Of a DNA stretch of 64,000 nucleotides, positions 24,895 through 38,000 are shown one piece after another. Location: contig JAKMXF010000306.1 in the NCBI GenBank assembly GCA_024704765.1, forward strand, positions 124,001-188,000, written 5' to 3'. The notes beneath the pieces were generated by a model that was not told the origin of the DNA, made no database searches, and was given only the letters and a program-made list of their open reading frames with translations. Both the position numbers and the translations under genes were made by a program. This stretch comes from Oopsacas minuta (lineage: Eukaryota > Animalia > Porifera). How positions within the stretch are numbered: position 1 is the stretch's first letter; each line of letters opens with the position of its first letter.

Positions 24895-26272
24895 TTACTT
24901 CTCCTCACGTGCCAAGCTGCTATTGCAACGACAGGAACATTTAACCTTGTTCTTGAAACATTTACATCTGCTACTTTCGCAACGTTTGGTCCCGGCACAG
25001 TTACACTTCACATAGCCTTGAACCACAGAAGGGAACTCTTGTGTAACTGCTGGCGTAAAGTGGTCGTTTTAGTGCATATACATCTGTGTATTTTAAAAGG
25101 CGTTGTGGACACAAGTCCAACTTATGCGATCATACTTTGATTTCAGAATACCTGATTTATAACTAATAATGTACAAGTTGTTTTCATTACGGTCAAGGAT
25201 CACTGCCAGAATGTTACGGGGTCTTGGAGTCCTCTATCACCCAGAGGTATGTACTACAACATTATCACCAGGATCTCCATGAGCTAGATCAAACCGACTT
25301 CTTTTCACCATTCGTTCAGCTTGGGCAAACTGGGCATTTCTGACATCGTATCGTTCCATTAATATGCTATCTATGCCTGAGGTAATGCTATTCATAGGTT
25401 CAGAGCTAGTGGGATGTGGATCCTCTGACTAGGATAAATTGTTCGTAAATGTGGGATCTGTCGTGAGTAATGACATGGTAGTATCAATCACAAAATCTCT
25501 TCATGACAGTTGCTATCAGCAGATTGTCAATAGAGATGGGAGATCTTGGACTTGTATTTATAAGTCCTAACTCTTCAATGTAAGTTGCTTTGACTGGTAT
25601 TGGGTAGATTTGGCTCATTTACAGCTGAAGGGGGACTTGGTTGTTGTGTGCGGTATGTGGTGTGGATATTGTTGACAGGAGGTCATCTTCGTTCTGCAGC
25701 ATTCAATCACTTCTGTAGGAAGATAAAGAAGTCAGACCAACCTTACATCACAGCCAAACATGGCGTTTTATGAAATTGAACGACTTGATGCCTGTTGACC
25801 AGTCAGCTGTAGGATTGTCCCTCATCCTGGAAATAGGTATGTCTTTGATATCACCATTGGCACGTTCCATTTAACCTTGGCTCTGTGGGTGGCGTGGCTT
25901 ACCATGAACCATGATGATCGTAGGCCACACAATTTTGAGTTCTTGGATCAGTTGTGCTGTGAACTCACTGCCATTGTCACCCTGCAGAATAGCAGGGGCA
26001 CCGATGAGAAGGAATATATCCCGGAGATGATGCGCTCTTTCAGCTGCATGTTTCGAGATTAGAGGACGTAAGATCACAAACTTGGTCAAGTTGTCGTGAT
26101 ACACCAGAATCCATTTTAACGAGTTCTGTACCATAGACTGCATGTAGATCAAGTCGATTTGGGCACGGGAAGAAAACTCATTTTAGAGAATAGGGCGTAC
26201 AACATCTTTGGTCATAGAAAGTTTACGCTTCTTTTAGCACTCCTGGCAATAGGGTTTAAACAATTCCAGGCC
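24895..26272 (-). pseudogene. Ginger2/KRBA2-SCAND3-type integrase-like transposase remnant
   Basis: LFKPYCQEC, VRPIL.NEFSSRAQIDLI, VYHDNLTKF, ILQGDNGSEF, GKPRHPQSQG*VERAN, and a Cys-rich C-terminus KCNCAGTKRCESSRCKCFKNKVKCSCRC ending at TAA 24895. Confidence 0.75.
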
Positions 26273-27284
26273 ATCATCATTCATAAATCGGACATATGCC
26301 ATAAGAAGAGCTTGATTATCAGGATGCGTTGATTCATCCAGTTGAAGAAAAAATTGTTTTTTGCATCATTATTATGAGTTGCTCCTCCATATCTTCTGTA
26401 ATTTCATCAATTTTTCTTTTGAATGTATTATTACTTAATAAGAATGCTTTGAATAATTTTCCTTGGATTTTCGTGTATAACTGTAGAAACAACTTCCCTC
26501 AGAGCAGGAACAATCAATGTTTCACCTATTATATGCGGCTGTAGTGTTTAAGCAACGAGTTTGGGAGTCTTCTTAGAAGCTGTCAACCCATCCTCCACTT
26601 TCATGTTAATCTTGTCAATGGTATTTTTAAGCATGTTTATACCTTGAAATTGATCACGCAGACTTTTAATAGAGTTAATGAGGCACTTTTTTTGTAAGGG
26701 TACCTCCGTCCAAGGTGATTCTGCATTCTTGAAGGTTTCATAGCCTCATTAGAGAAGGTCTGATAACACAAGAGGCACAATGGCAATTGTTCATCATGTG
26801 GAGCAGTGACAAATCAGTATAACAAATAATCGACAGAAAACTAACGACATGTCTTTTTTGAGATTATATTCGTTTTGAAGCTTTTCAAAAATTTGATTTG
26901 TAAATTTCAATAAATATAATGATAGTATACAGTGTCCCAATAAGTCAATTTTGCTAATAACTACTAATTGAATGAACAACAAATCTATATTATACTGAGG
27001 GTGTGAATACAATAATAAATAAGACCTGAATCATTACAGGCGATGTATTGAAACTAAGCTTGAATCCCAATAACAATTTGAGTCTCTATAGGAAAATATA
27101 GAGATCAATCTATTTGAAAACACAATCAAAAATCATATCATGTGCGATATATTATGGCTCTTAAAATCATGAAATATTTTGAAGTTTAGCATATAATATT
27201 AGAGTAAAAATCTTATTCAAAATCGTCCCCATAAGCCAAAAATTCGCCCCCAAGGGGGCAATATTGCCCCTGTCGAAACCACTG
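26273..27284 (-). mobile_element. 5' half of a Buster-type hAT element (TIR plus transposase N-terminus)
   Basis: End CAGTGGTTTCGAC at 27284 reading leftward; PLCLLC..TFSNEAMKPSR, PHIIGETLIVPA, SNNTFKRKIDE, QLDEST..NQALLMAYVRF. Confidence 0.8.
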
Positions 27285-27411
27285 CCATATAGTCATGAAT
27301 CATAAGAAATGAAATAGATTTGAGTGTTTTGGAAATAAAATATAACGTCACAATTATCAAATCCTAACTCATTCTCAAAATCTGACATGCCAAAAATATT
27401 GTCTTTAGTTA

Positions 27412-28742
27412 CTAGGGCGTTCAATAAGTCTTGTGGGTGATATCATAGAATATGATGCAAACACTATACTCACTAACTGACTATATTATTAATTCAAAGT
27501 AATCTCCTCCTACAGATACACAAAGTTTAAACCTTTCCACCCACTTGTAAACACATTTCTGTACTCTTCTTCGGAATGGATTGGAAGTACTGGTACAGGC
27601 CCGTTCCGAGTGCTTGTAATGTGTTCAAATCTTTGCCTTGAAGATAGATTTTAAGCTTGGGGAATAGCCAAAAATCACACGGAGCTAGGTCTGGTGAGAA
27701 TGGTGGATGGGGAAGTAATTATAACCCTTCTACATCTAAGAAGATTTTGGTAAGCTTATCTGTATGGGAACTGGCGTTGTCAATTAAAATCTTCATTCCT
27801 CGAGTTTCGGTTTTCGGGCGGTACTTTTCTATATTTTTTATTAAATTTGGAAGCACTTGCTCTGTAAAGAAAGTAGCAGTAACAGCCTTGCCACTCTCAC
27901 AAAGTAATTGGATGACAATTCCATGACTACTGAAGAAGGGTATACAAAATCTTAGGTTTTGTGAAGTCGGGCCTAGGAATTTTCGCCTGTTGTTCGTCGC
28001 CCCTCACCCATGATCGCTTCCTATACTTACTATATGGTGTTGAATAGTACACCCACGTCTCGTTACCAGTAATAATCTCTGTTAAGCGTCTAGAATCGCA
28101 GTTCTCATAAGTTTCCAAGAGTTTCTTGGCAATATTCAGTCGTGCCAACCTTTGATTCTCACTGAGCTTATGCGGGACCTATTTCCCACAAATCGATCGG
28201 TAGCCAAGCTCAGTTTTCAGAATTGTATGAATAGCTCCCGATGAAATCTCCATACTTTGTTCTAACTGATTGATAGTAATGCACTTGTCTTCCATGACCA
28301 TACTTTGAATGAGTGCGATATTCTCTGAAGTGGTGGCGGATACCGGTCTTCCAGATCGAGGCAAATCGGTGACATAAGTATCACCAGATCTAAAACGGGC
28401 AGCTTACCGCTCTACAGTATATTTGGAACGGCAATCCACGCACAATATCTCCTGCAACTTGCTGAAGATCTGTACGGGCTGGATCTTGAGTATTGTGCGG
28501 AACTCTATGTAACCTCGCCATTTGAGGTTGAAATCATTATCCTTTGAAGCCATAAATTCAACAATGGGTATAAATTGACTACATGTAACAATCTCAAAAA
28601 TTCATAATTTGTATTGTATAAGCTTGAAACTTTCAGTATATGGAGTTTAACTATATGTGTTTATAATATATGAAAGTTAGATATATTACTTGACTAATTC
28701 CTAAGATATATCATGTCCCGCAAGACTTATTGAACGCCCTGG
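27412..28742 (-). mobile_element. mariner element (DD34D), degenerate, 1331 bp
   Basis: TA TSDs; 22-bp TIR C(T/C)AGGGCGTTCAATAAGTCTTG; PRSGRP, ITGNETWVYY, DNASSHTD...PPFSPDLAPCDF (34 residues D-D). Confidence 0.87.
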
Positions 28743-29009
28743 TAAAACCCCAATAGCCAAAATTCAGCGGAAATAAATAAAGTTGTTGAAGTTATAGACT
28801 ACTGGAAATATTTCCCCAAAATAAACCACTATGCACGAGACATACCCACTTTGGGTCTTTTCTTATGGATTCCATGTTAAAAGACCGTCTAATGCGTTCA
28901 CCCTGGCGAAACTTATCTTTCTCTTCCCTTTTATACCTTTTTCTTTTGAAATACGGGATTTGACGATGTGGGAATCTCCTAAATTTATCACACAAAGTGT
29001 TAAACAATA

Positions 29010-31457
29010 CAGTAGAACTCGGTTAAGACGTACTAGCTTGGGAAACAATAAAAAATAGGTAATAACCGAGGTACGTCTTCGAGGTACGTCTTATCCGAGT
29101 ACATAAATGAAAAGGTACTACAAAAGTACGTCTTATCCGAGGTGCGTAGAAATTGTTGTACGTATTACTTATCAGAATACAGCATAAACGTTTCCGTGTA
29201 TAAAGTGTAAACTATCTCTTACAATCAATAAATATTTCTTTTTGAGTAATAAATACGGATTATCAAAGATAGGTTGCTTATTTCCTAGAGTAATATGAGA
29301 AAATTATTCGCACTAGCACAAGGCTTATTGACTAGTGTAAAAATCGGAAAGTGAACTTTGCTTCACACTACAAGTATAGATTAGTTCTTCCATCTCGTTA
29401 ATAGCATTGAGAAGACAGCTTTTGGAATTACAGGTCACGTAGCGCTTAACAATCTTGAGAGCATCATAATATTCTGACACGCTTGGGAACACAATAGTAT
29501 TATCATCCTCATCATATTCTATTACACATGGTTCTTCAGTAACGTCACCCTGAACCATTGCTGTAATTTCAATATCTGTAAGAATGCCACAAATAGGGAC
29601 GTCATTGTCAATAATAGCATATTCTTCAAATGAACCTTCAACATTAATTTCACGGCTCTTCAATTCCTCATATGTAATACTTTCAGGCCCTTCTTCTGAG
29701 ACAATTGATATTTCTGCAGTATTTATCCAAGACTAAGGCTACAATGATGAAAGCAATTTTGAATGGTCGTGGCTGTACTTGTCCCATGAAACCTCCAGCC
29801 ACTGCATAGAAACAAGAACTGTTATTTTCAGTTCTTCCTTAGCATCCATCGATGAAAGTAGCTTCTTTACTAATTGGTGTCGATAATGAACTTTCAGGGA
29901 TTGTATAATGCCTTGATCACAAGCCTGTAACTTTGCAGTGGTGTTTGGCGGCAGAAATTTGATAGAAATGTTAGAAAGCTCAAGATTACGAGGGTGTGCG
30001 GGACAATTGTCTATTATGTGTAGGACAGAACGTTTCGTGGATACAATTTTTCTGTTCCACTTTTCGAGCTATTGCTGGAAGAAATTTCCCGTCATCCAAG
30101 CTTTCGCATTAGAAATATAGTCTAAAGGTAACGATCTAATACCCGCAAAACACCTTGGTGACTTAGATTTTCCAATGACTAGAAGTGGAAGCTTTTCACT
30201 AGCCATAATGGCCTCAACAAGCACTGTAAGACGGTCCTTCTGTTTCTTACTACCACTACACTTTTCTCCTTTGAAAGTCAACGTCTTCTCTGGCCGTAAC
30301 TTGTAAAATAGCGCAGTTTCATCTACGTTGTAGATATTTTCTGGTGTATATTTCAAGAGCAATTCTGGCAGAGTGATATCCAACCAAGGGCGAATGCTCT
30401 CCTCTGAAACTGATTTCTCTTCACCAGAAATTTGTTTCATCCCTATAGAATGTCTTCTCTTCCACCTATCGATGAAACCTGTATTGGCTTTAAAAGTTGA
30501 AACATTCATGGCAGTAGCAAAGAACTGGGACTTTTCCATCAGTATTTTCCCGGTTATAGGAATATTACAATTTCTTGCCTGCTTAAACCATTCTAGTAAT
30601 GCTGTATCCACTTGAGTGAAATCCGATGATCAGATCCGCTTACAGTCAACACTGATTTCAGACGAGTCATAGCTACGTTTGAGAGTTTCCCTATTTTTCC
30701 AAATTGAATTCACCGTCGACTTTGAGATATTTAGTCTTTTGCAGACGCTTGTTTGCGGTTCACCATTCTCTATCCTAGTAATAAGGTCTATTCTTTGTCG
30801 AATTGTGAGAGATTTCTTTGAATTCGTAGCCATAATTAATGCAATCTATACGTACTGAAAATAATATTCTAAATTGTCAGTATTATCATGCAAATTTGAT
30901 TTGACATTTGGTTAAGCCTATCCCTAAATGAGGATGCGTTTTTATAAATAACTAAGGTACGTGTAGGAACATACGAATTGTATTTTTGTTCGTTGAGTAC
31001 GAATTAAACAAGTACGTATTAACCGAGTACGTCTTAACCGAGTACGAATTATCCGAGTACGTATTAACCGAGTACGTCATAATCGAGTCATCATAAATTA
31101 CGATTCCTTACTAGTGCAAATTAGTATACAAATAGCTCACGATAAGATAAAAATCATGTTATGATTCGATTATTAAAGGATATATACTGTACGTATACGA
31201 GTATATTATACTACTTTTGAGTATGAATTAACCAAGTACGAATTATCCGAGTACGTATTAACCGAGTACGAATGTTCCGAATACGTATTAACCGAGTACG
31301 ATTCAATACATTTTGTCCTTTTGGGAAGAATAATTTAGTACGTCTTATCCGATTGTACTTCTTAACCGAGTACGTCTTAACCGAATCATTTATAATGGAT
31401 TAGATAGGAGAAAATTTCGGTTATTTGAGACAAGTACGTCTTATCCGAGTTCTACTG
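29010..31457 (-). mobile_element. Tigger/pogo-family element, full length, 2448 bp, transposase with several stops
   Basis: TA TSDs; TIR CAGTAGAACTCGG(T/A)TAAGACGT; CENP-B-type HTHs (LNISKSTVNSIWKNR; WFKQAR..PITGKIL..K; GFIDRWKRRH); YNVDETALFY; IDNCPAH...LPPNTTAKLQACDQGII (30 residues D-D). Confidence 0.9.
31010..31450. repeat. Subterminal arrays of a 15-bp unit (GAGTACG-TATTAA/TCTTAT/AATTAT-CC) in the Tigger 5' end; a smaller inverted cluster lies at 29060-29145
   Basis: Five tandem units at about 31012-31085, four more at about 31230-31285, further copies at 31340-31450. Confidence 0.85.
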
Positions 31458-32176
31458 TATGTTTTAAGGCTAAGGCACCCCCCCTGTTTACTCAAATAAT
31501 ATGGACTCAAAGATACTGCTCCAGAACGTTTCAGCTTGATCGCGTTTGTGACCTAAAATACAAGCATTTGGGAACCTCTGAGGTCCGTATATCGCTGGCA
31601 CATCGGAAACCAACCTAGTAAAATAGGACCCCTTACAAATTTCTCACAATAGCTATAATACGCCATTGATTGCTCGTTGGCCCAAATTTCTTATTGTATT
31701 CGTAGTCAGGCACTTATACCGGCCTCAGGCTATTTCAGTTAGTAGCTATATGATCCCGGGATAGTATGGATAGCACAGAATATATGAAGCATATAGATAT
31801 ACACTATGAGTGATGTATTTCGGAGTCTACCTTAACGCACCCCCGCATCTAGACGTCTGCATTTTCCGGGGCCGTCACGTCACGTCATGTCTGGAAAAAA
31901 TAAGCACGCCCAGGTTATAAGAATATGAATGTGTTCAAACATTACGTAACGCTACAAAGAGAGGTGGTGGTATGTAGAGGAGATGTGACAAGCCCCTTTT
32001 ATCTGTATTACCAAACCCCTTAGAGAAAGTTAGCGGACTTGGTGTGTTATCATTAGACTGATCAAGAAAAAGATGGAATTCATATTTTTAGGGAGACTTA
32101 GGCCGGACGTCCCGCTGAACTTGAGACAGTTGGGTGGACATATAATATAAAGTCGAATATGCATGTTTAGTATGTA

Positions 32177-33491
32177 CAGGATGACACATAAATACTGTTA
32201 CAAATATAAAAGGGCTGAAAACAAAAACTATTGGAGCGATCGTTCTAATATTCTAAATTATGTTTAGATATACTATAGGGTTGAAAATTAAAAAAGTATT
32301 ACTCAAATATATCACCTTTTGCCTTAATGCAGCTCTTCAGACGGACGATGAAGGAGTCTACACTGGCACACACATGCTCATCCGGAATCTTTGACCATTC
32401 GCTTAATAATGTACTCTTAAGAACCTCAACTGAACGATGGGGTGTAGCGTAAACCCTCTCCTCCAATATGGACCATATAGAGAAGTCGAAGGTGTTAAGG
32501 TCTGGCGAACAAGGTGGCCACTCTTCGGAAGAAATGACCCCCGGAAAATTGGCCTTGCACCACTTTTGAGTGGCTTTAGCCTTGTGAGCTGGGGCAGAAT
32601 CTTGCTGGAATAACCATAGGTCGTTTCCAAAATGTGACTGTGTCCAAGGCTTCAAAACATTCTCAAGAATTGATTCCCGATAAACCGATTAGTTGATTTT
32701 CACACCCTGGGGGATAAATATCAAAGGTGTCCGGCCAGTTCCAGTAACCCCGACCCATACTATCACTGAAGCTGGTTTCTGCGTTCTAGAGACCCGGAAA
32801 GTAAACTCAGGAGAAGTACTCTTATCGGTGGCTAAAATCCTATGATTTTGCTTGTTTAGGACCTGCTGAACAGTAAATAATTTCTCATCAGAGAAAGGAT
32901 CTGCTTGTGTCGACCATTGGTGAAACGTGAAAACATAGCCTTGCACCTTTCCAACCTCATACTTTCATTTTTGGCTGTGAAGAGTTGTCTTATTTTCATT
33001 TTGTACGCTTTCATGCCCAAATCATTACAAACAAGCCTCCACATCGATTCCCTGTTTGTATTTGTTTCAATGGCCATTTTTCGGATACTTCGGGCGGGAT
33101 TTCGTTTAATCAGTTGTAGCAGCCTCCTGGTCAAAGAAATTGTCCGTGCAGTATGTAGACGGCCAGGTCGTGGTCGGTCTAACACGTCACCTGTATCAGC
33201 AAACCGTGACAAAGTTCGCGAAATAAACATCCTATTCTAACTGAGCAAAGAGGCAATTTCACTTCTGCATTTTCCTACCTTGAGTAACTCAATAACAGCT
33301 GAACGACGAGTCTCTATTACAAATTGTTGAAATTATAAGACTTCTAAGTGAGATATAGCTGGTGTGATTTATTGAGATAAAATAGATATGTAGTACAATA
33401 TATTGGATCAGTTTCAACGCTATTGAATGATATTCATTTACAATATGGTACGTAGTTTTAAAATTTGTAACAGTATTTATGTGTCACCCTG
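32177..33491 (-). mobile_element. maT/DD37D element, frameshifted, 1315 bp
   Basis: TA TSDs; about 28-bp TIR CAGG(A/G)TGACACATAAATACTGTTACAAAT; FSDEK, QQDSAPAH...WPPCSPDLNTFD (37 residues). Confidence 0.9.
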
Positions 33492-33734
33492 TAGATAGAG
33501 ATAGAAGGAGTGTTGCATAACGTTGAATCGGAAATTTCTTAATGTAGCGACAATATTGGTTGTGAATTGATGTATACTCACAATAAGTGAAGAGAATTTA
33601 CCACTATTCTTGAATTCGTTACGATCGTGACGTGGCAAGTTTTTGGGATCTAACCTTGGTCTCCTTGAGTGTTGGATGGTGTGTATTGGGTTTCAATTGC
33701 TTGATACTAACCATGAGATGTACTTTTTCCAAAA

Positions 33735-35034
33735 TCTCTTGAAGTTGACATTAAGGGTGAAACTTTCTTTAAAGTCGTAGTATCATATATGGAAGAGAAA
33801 GCCATTCATTCGGATAATAGAATTGCTGTTGCAACTGATGGGGCACCAGCAATGACAGGTCGTTATCGTGGTTTCATTGCATTTATGAAGAATGCTGTTC
33901 CAGAAATATTTACTATCCACTGCATTGTCCATCGTCAACATCTAGTTGAGTGGAGTTCTTCATGGGTCACTCAATTTTGTTATTATGGTTGTAAACAGGA
34001 TCAAGAGCCGCTCCTTGAGTAATTGTATGTTCAGAGAATTATGCCATGAAAATGGTGACGATTTTGACTGTTTACTACAACATACAGAAGTGAGATGGTT
34101 GTCTAAAGGAAAATGTTTGAAAAGAGTATCTGAGCTTTTCAAAACAATCGTCGGGTTTTAGAAGAGCATGATAATCATCTATCTGGCAAACTCAAAGCAG
34201 TTGATCAAGACATTTTCTATATGACAAATATTTTCGAGAAACTGAATAATGTCAATCTACAATTGCAGGGAGAAAAAAATGGTCTCATTTGATGCAAGAG
34301 CGTAATCCTGTCATTTATTGACAAATTCTCTTTGTACATGCAAAGTCTCAGCCGTCTTGAAATTATACAGTTTCTAACACATGAAAAGTGCAAGAAAGCA
34401 TTACCAATGATAATCTGATAGTATATACAAAGCACATAAAAGCTATGCAACAGGATATGCTCGATCGCTTCCGTGATTTGATCAATTATGTCGATCCGTG
34501 GATTTAGATCCATTCTCAATAGAATCAAGTTCTGTCGATATATTAATCCAAGAGGAAATTACTGATATAAAGTACGACATGGATGCAGTAAACACAGATT
34601 TAAAAAATGGTGGTTATCTTGGGTTATGGATTCATCCTGATCTATAGCGAAAAATCAAGTGATGTGGCAGAAGGTTAAGTTGTTGCTGATTGCATTCCCA
34701 ATTTCATACCTCGTTGAAAAGGGGTTCAGCAAAGTAAATAGCCTTTTGACAGATAAAGAAATAAACTAAATGTTCCAACAGGTGGCGATTTACGCCTATC
34801 TCTGACTAAATTTAATCCTAACGTAGAAAAGTTATGTAAACGACATCAAGCACAGCAATCTCATTGATTGTCAACATAACTTATATGTTACAATTATTTG
34901 TGTTTTGTCGTAGCTAATTAATTTTATTGAATCGTATAGAATGTAAAGTCGAATGGTTGAAATTAACAAAGGGGGGCGATTTACATACGAATTTGGAAAG
35001 GGGGGCGAATGACAAAAAAGGTTGGGAACCACTG
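33735..35034 (+). mobile_element. 3' half of a Buster-type hAT element
   Basis: ATDGAPAMTGRYRG, IHCIVHRQHL, LLQHTEVRWLSKGKCL, AFPISYLVEKGFS, GDLRL; terminal GGTTGGGAACCACTG at 35034. The 5' end is missing. Confidence 0.8.
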
Positions 35035-35484
35035 CTATATCGGATATTCATAATAGTATCTTGTTTCAATAACGAATACTAGTACCTAGGAAACGCATTA
35101 GTCATTGAAGAATCGTATCTCAATCTTGTATGGAGCATAAAATTGATATTCGGACATGTTGTATAGGAATGTGATATATTATGTCAACTACAAAACTGAA
35201 TAAATAGTTAAATCTAAATTAGTGTATAACAAATTATTTCACATAATTTATAGCCATACAAAGCTGTAAATTTAACTTACACTTCATCAAGTAAATGAAA
35301 TATTTCTGGATACTAAAACAGGGCAATCGAAATGCTAAAGTAGATGTCAATTTGGCAAGTAGAATAATTGGAGAAAACTTGAAATCGACTCACAATTACC
35401 AACGTTCTCAATATATGTGAAGAACCACCATTTGAGGTGTACTTGGCTTAGATAACTAATGCACCACGATCAGTCCAAAAATAA

Positions 35485-37699
35485 CACAGCCTACAAAATG
35501 TTATATTCCAGTTTATATTTTGATCACTGATTTGGACTAATTTAGGTGCGCTGATTCTGAATATCAATTCAGTTTTACTTATCACGTCAGGTTTTTTCAC
35601 AACCATATAGCTACATTTTCAGAAAATTTCGATATTTGTCAAAAATTCATCATGAATACATATTACAACAATAACATCATGTACATAGTATATATATTCA
35701 AATAGTCTTATTTGCTTCTTGGTCTTTAACTAGTCTGTTATTCTTTTTGTTGATATGTCGAAAAGAAAGCATTTCAATTCTCCAGACATTTTTTGTTATA
35801 TTTGTGGTTTCTATACTCCGGAACCTCAGATGCAGAATATTACTGAATTTGTGAATAGAGCTTACCGTGCGTATTTCAAAGTTAAGCTGGGCGACCAGGA
35901 CAAAAGTTGGGCACCTCACAATGTCTGTAAATCTTGTGTAGAATTATTGAGGTCTTGGAGTAAGGGTAAAGAGAAACACCTCCCTTTCGGAATTCCTATG
36001 ATTTGAAGAGAATCAAAAATCATTTTGTTGATTGTTATTTCTGTATGGTAAATGTTATGGGCTGCAAAAGGAGTGGCAGACACCTGTTGAATTACCCAAA
36101 TTTAGAATCTGCTATTCGACCAGTCCCTCATTGTAGTGATCTACCTGTACCAATATTCACAGAGTTTCTCGGACTCTATGTGATGATGATGGTGCCAATT
36201 CGGAAGAAGTCAATGATCATGACTGTGAATATGGTGTTGATTTCAAGGTCCCTCCTCGGAGCCTTCTCTCTTTAACCAAGCGGAATTGAATGATTTAATT
36301 TGTGACCTTGACCTCTCGAAAGAATCTTCTGAGTTGCTTTCATATAGATTGAAAGAAAAGAATCTACTCCATTAAGGACCAAAGGTAACATTATATGGTT
36401 ACAGAGAGCAAGAGTTTCAACAGTATTTCTGCGAAAAGAATGGTTTGATGTTTTGTCCAAATGTTGAGGGTATTCTACTGGCAATGGGAGTTCCGAACTA
36501 CAATCCAAGTGACTGGAGGCTGTTTATTGACAGCTCCAAAATGAGCATAATGGAAATACATTCGGTTCAATTCCAATAGGATATAGCTAAACTCAAAGAG
36601 GAGTACAATAATGTGAAAGAGATATTAGAGATAATTAACTACTCTGCACATGATTGGGTCATCTATGTTGATCTCAAAATGGTCAACTTTCTATTAGGAC
36701 AACAATCTGGGTTCACTAAGTACCCCTGTTTTCTTTGTTATTGGGACAGTAGAGATGGGAACCAGGATTGGATAAGGGAAAAGTGGCCTCTGAGAGAATG
36801 TTTGAAAGTTGGGGACAAAAATGTAATTAATAACCCTCGGGTACAAACAAATAAACAATTCTACCTCCTCTCCACATTAAGCTCGTTTTAATGAAGCAAT
36901 TCATCAAAGCACTGGATAAAGACAGATATTGTTTCAAGTATATCTGAAATTATTTTCCAGAAATCAGTGAAGAGAAGATAAAGGCAGGGATATTTGAAAG
37001 GTCCACAGATTCGCAAGTTACTTAGGGATAACAGCTTCAAAGATTCAATGAACGAGGAAGAGAAGAGAGCGTGGCAGGCTTTCTCCAATGTCGTTTCTAT
37101 TTTCCTTGGTAATAAAAGGCATCCAACTACAAAGAACTGGTCACATAGTTAGTCGACAGCTATCATGCTCTTGGCTGTAATATGAGTATTAAAATTCATT
37201 ATTTGAGAGACCATCTTGATAGATTTCCGGATAATCTAGGTGATATGAGTGAAGAACAAGGTGAACGATTCCATTAAGACATAAAAGTGATGAAACAGCG
37301 ATATCAAGGAAGATGGAACAGACATATGATGGCAGATTACTGTTGGTGCCTAAAAAGAGATTGTCCTAACGAACAACATTCAAGAAAGTCAAACAAGAGA
37401 AAATTTTTAGATTGAATAGTGCTCTTATTACATGTTTATAGTATCACTTTCTTCCATTCATATTAGTAACAATTATATCATTATTCTTAGTGAATGAAAT
37501 ATTGATATTTTCAGAAATTTAATTGGATCCAATCTAACATATAAGGGTTGAAACCAATTTTGTTCTATAAATGTAGTAATAGGATTGTGAGATAACTTGA
37601 CATATTAGGGAGAAACTGACTAAATAATCGAAATCAGCAACACAGAATTAGTATATATCAGTTGACAAAATCAATACAGCTAAAAAGTGTAGGCCTGTG
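35485..37699 (+). mobile_element. Chapaev3-type element, degenerate, 2215 bp
   Basis: Ends CACAGCCTACA / TGTAGGCCTGTG; TAA TSDs; fragments FCYICG, WAPHNVC, DCYFC, GFTKYPCFLCYWDSR, PPLHIKL, EEQGERFH, MMADYCW. Confidence 0.85.
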
Positions 37700-37859
37700 T
37701 AATCTTGAAAAAATATTTCTCAAGTTTCAGGACTATATTACAAGAACTGAAACTCCAGCCCAAAGTTTGCCAGTTTGTCTCTAATTCGTGATTTTCGTAC
37801 AACTCTAATACCTCAATTCCCTTTTTACCCATCAGTATCAAATCCAATTGGAGTAACAG

Positions 37860-38000
37860 TTAATTACATTGACCATATAGTAATTCTTTAGAGATGTAGC
37901 ATCACACTCTATACAATTTATTGAAGAACCCCTGAGGTACCCGCTCAACTTTATGGCTAAACATGGTGTAGATGGGTCGGGAGGTCTCAGTGTCCAATCT
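37860..38000 (+). pseudogene. Short Transib-type transposase fragment
   Basis: FMAKHGVDGSGGLS matches the KxGxDGSGG first-catalytic-Asp motif also seen near 13985. Confidence 0.45.

Noticed and set aside
31010-31290. Regularly spaced short repeats as a possible CRISPR array
   Set aside because: Units are 15 bp and directly tandem with no unique spacers. They derive from the Tigger TIR, there are no cas genes, and the context is eukaryotic.
33620-33735. Possible LINE endonuclease fragment (..HPTLKETK on the minus strand)
   Set aside because: A single short motif with no supporting neighbouring motifs.
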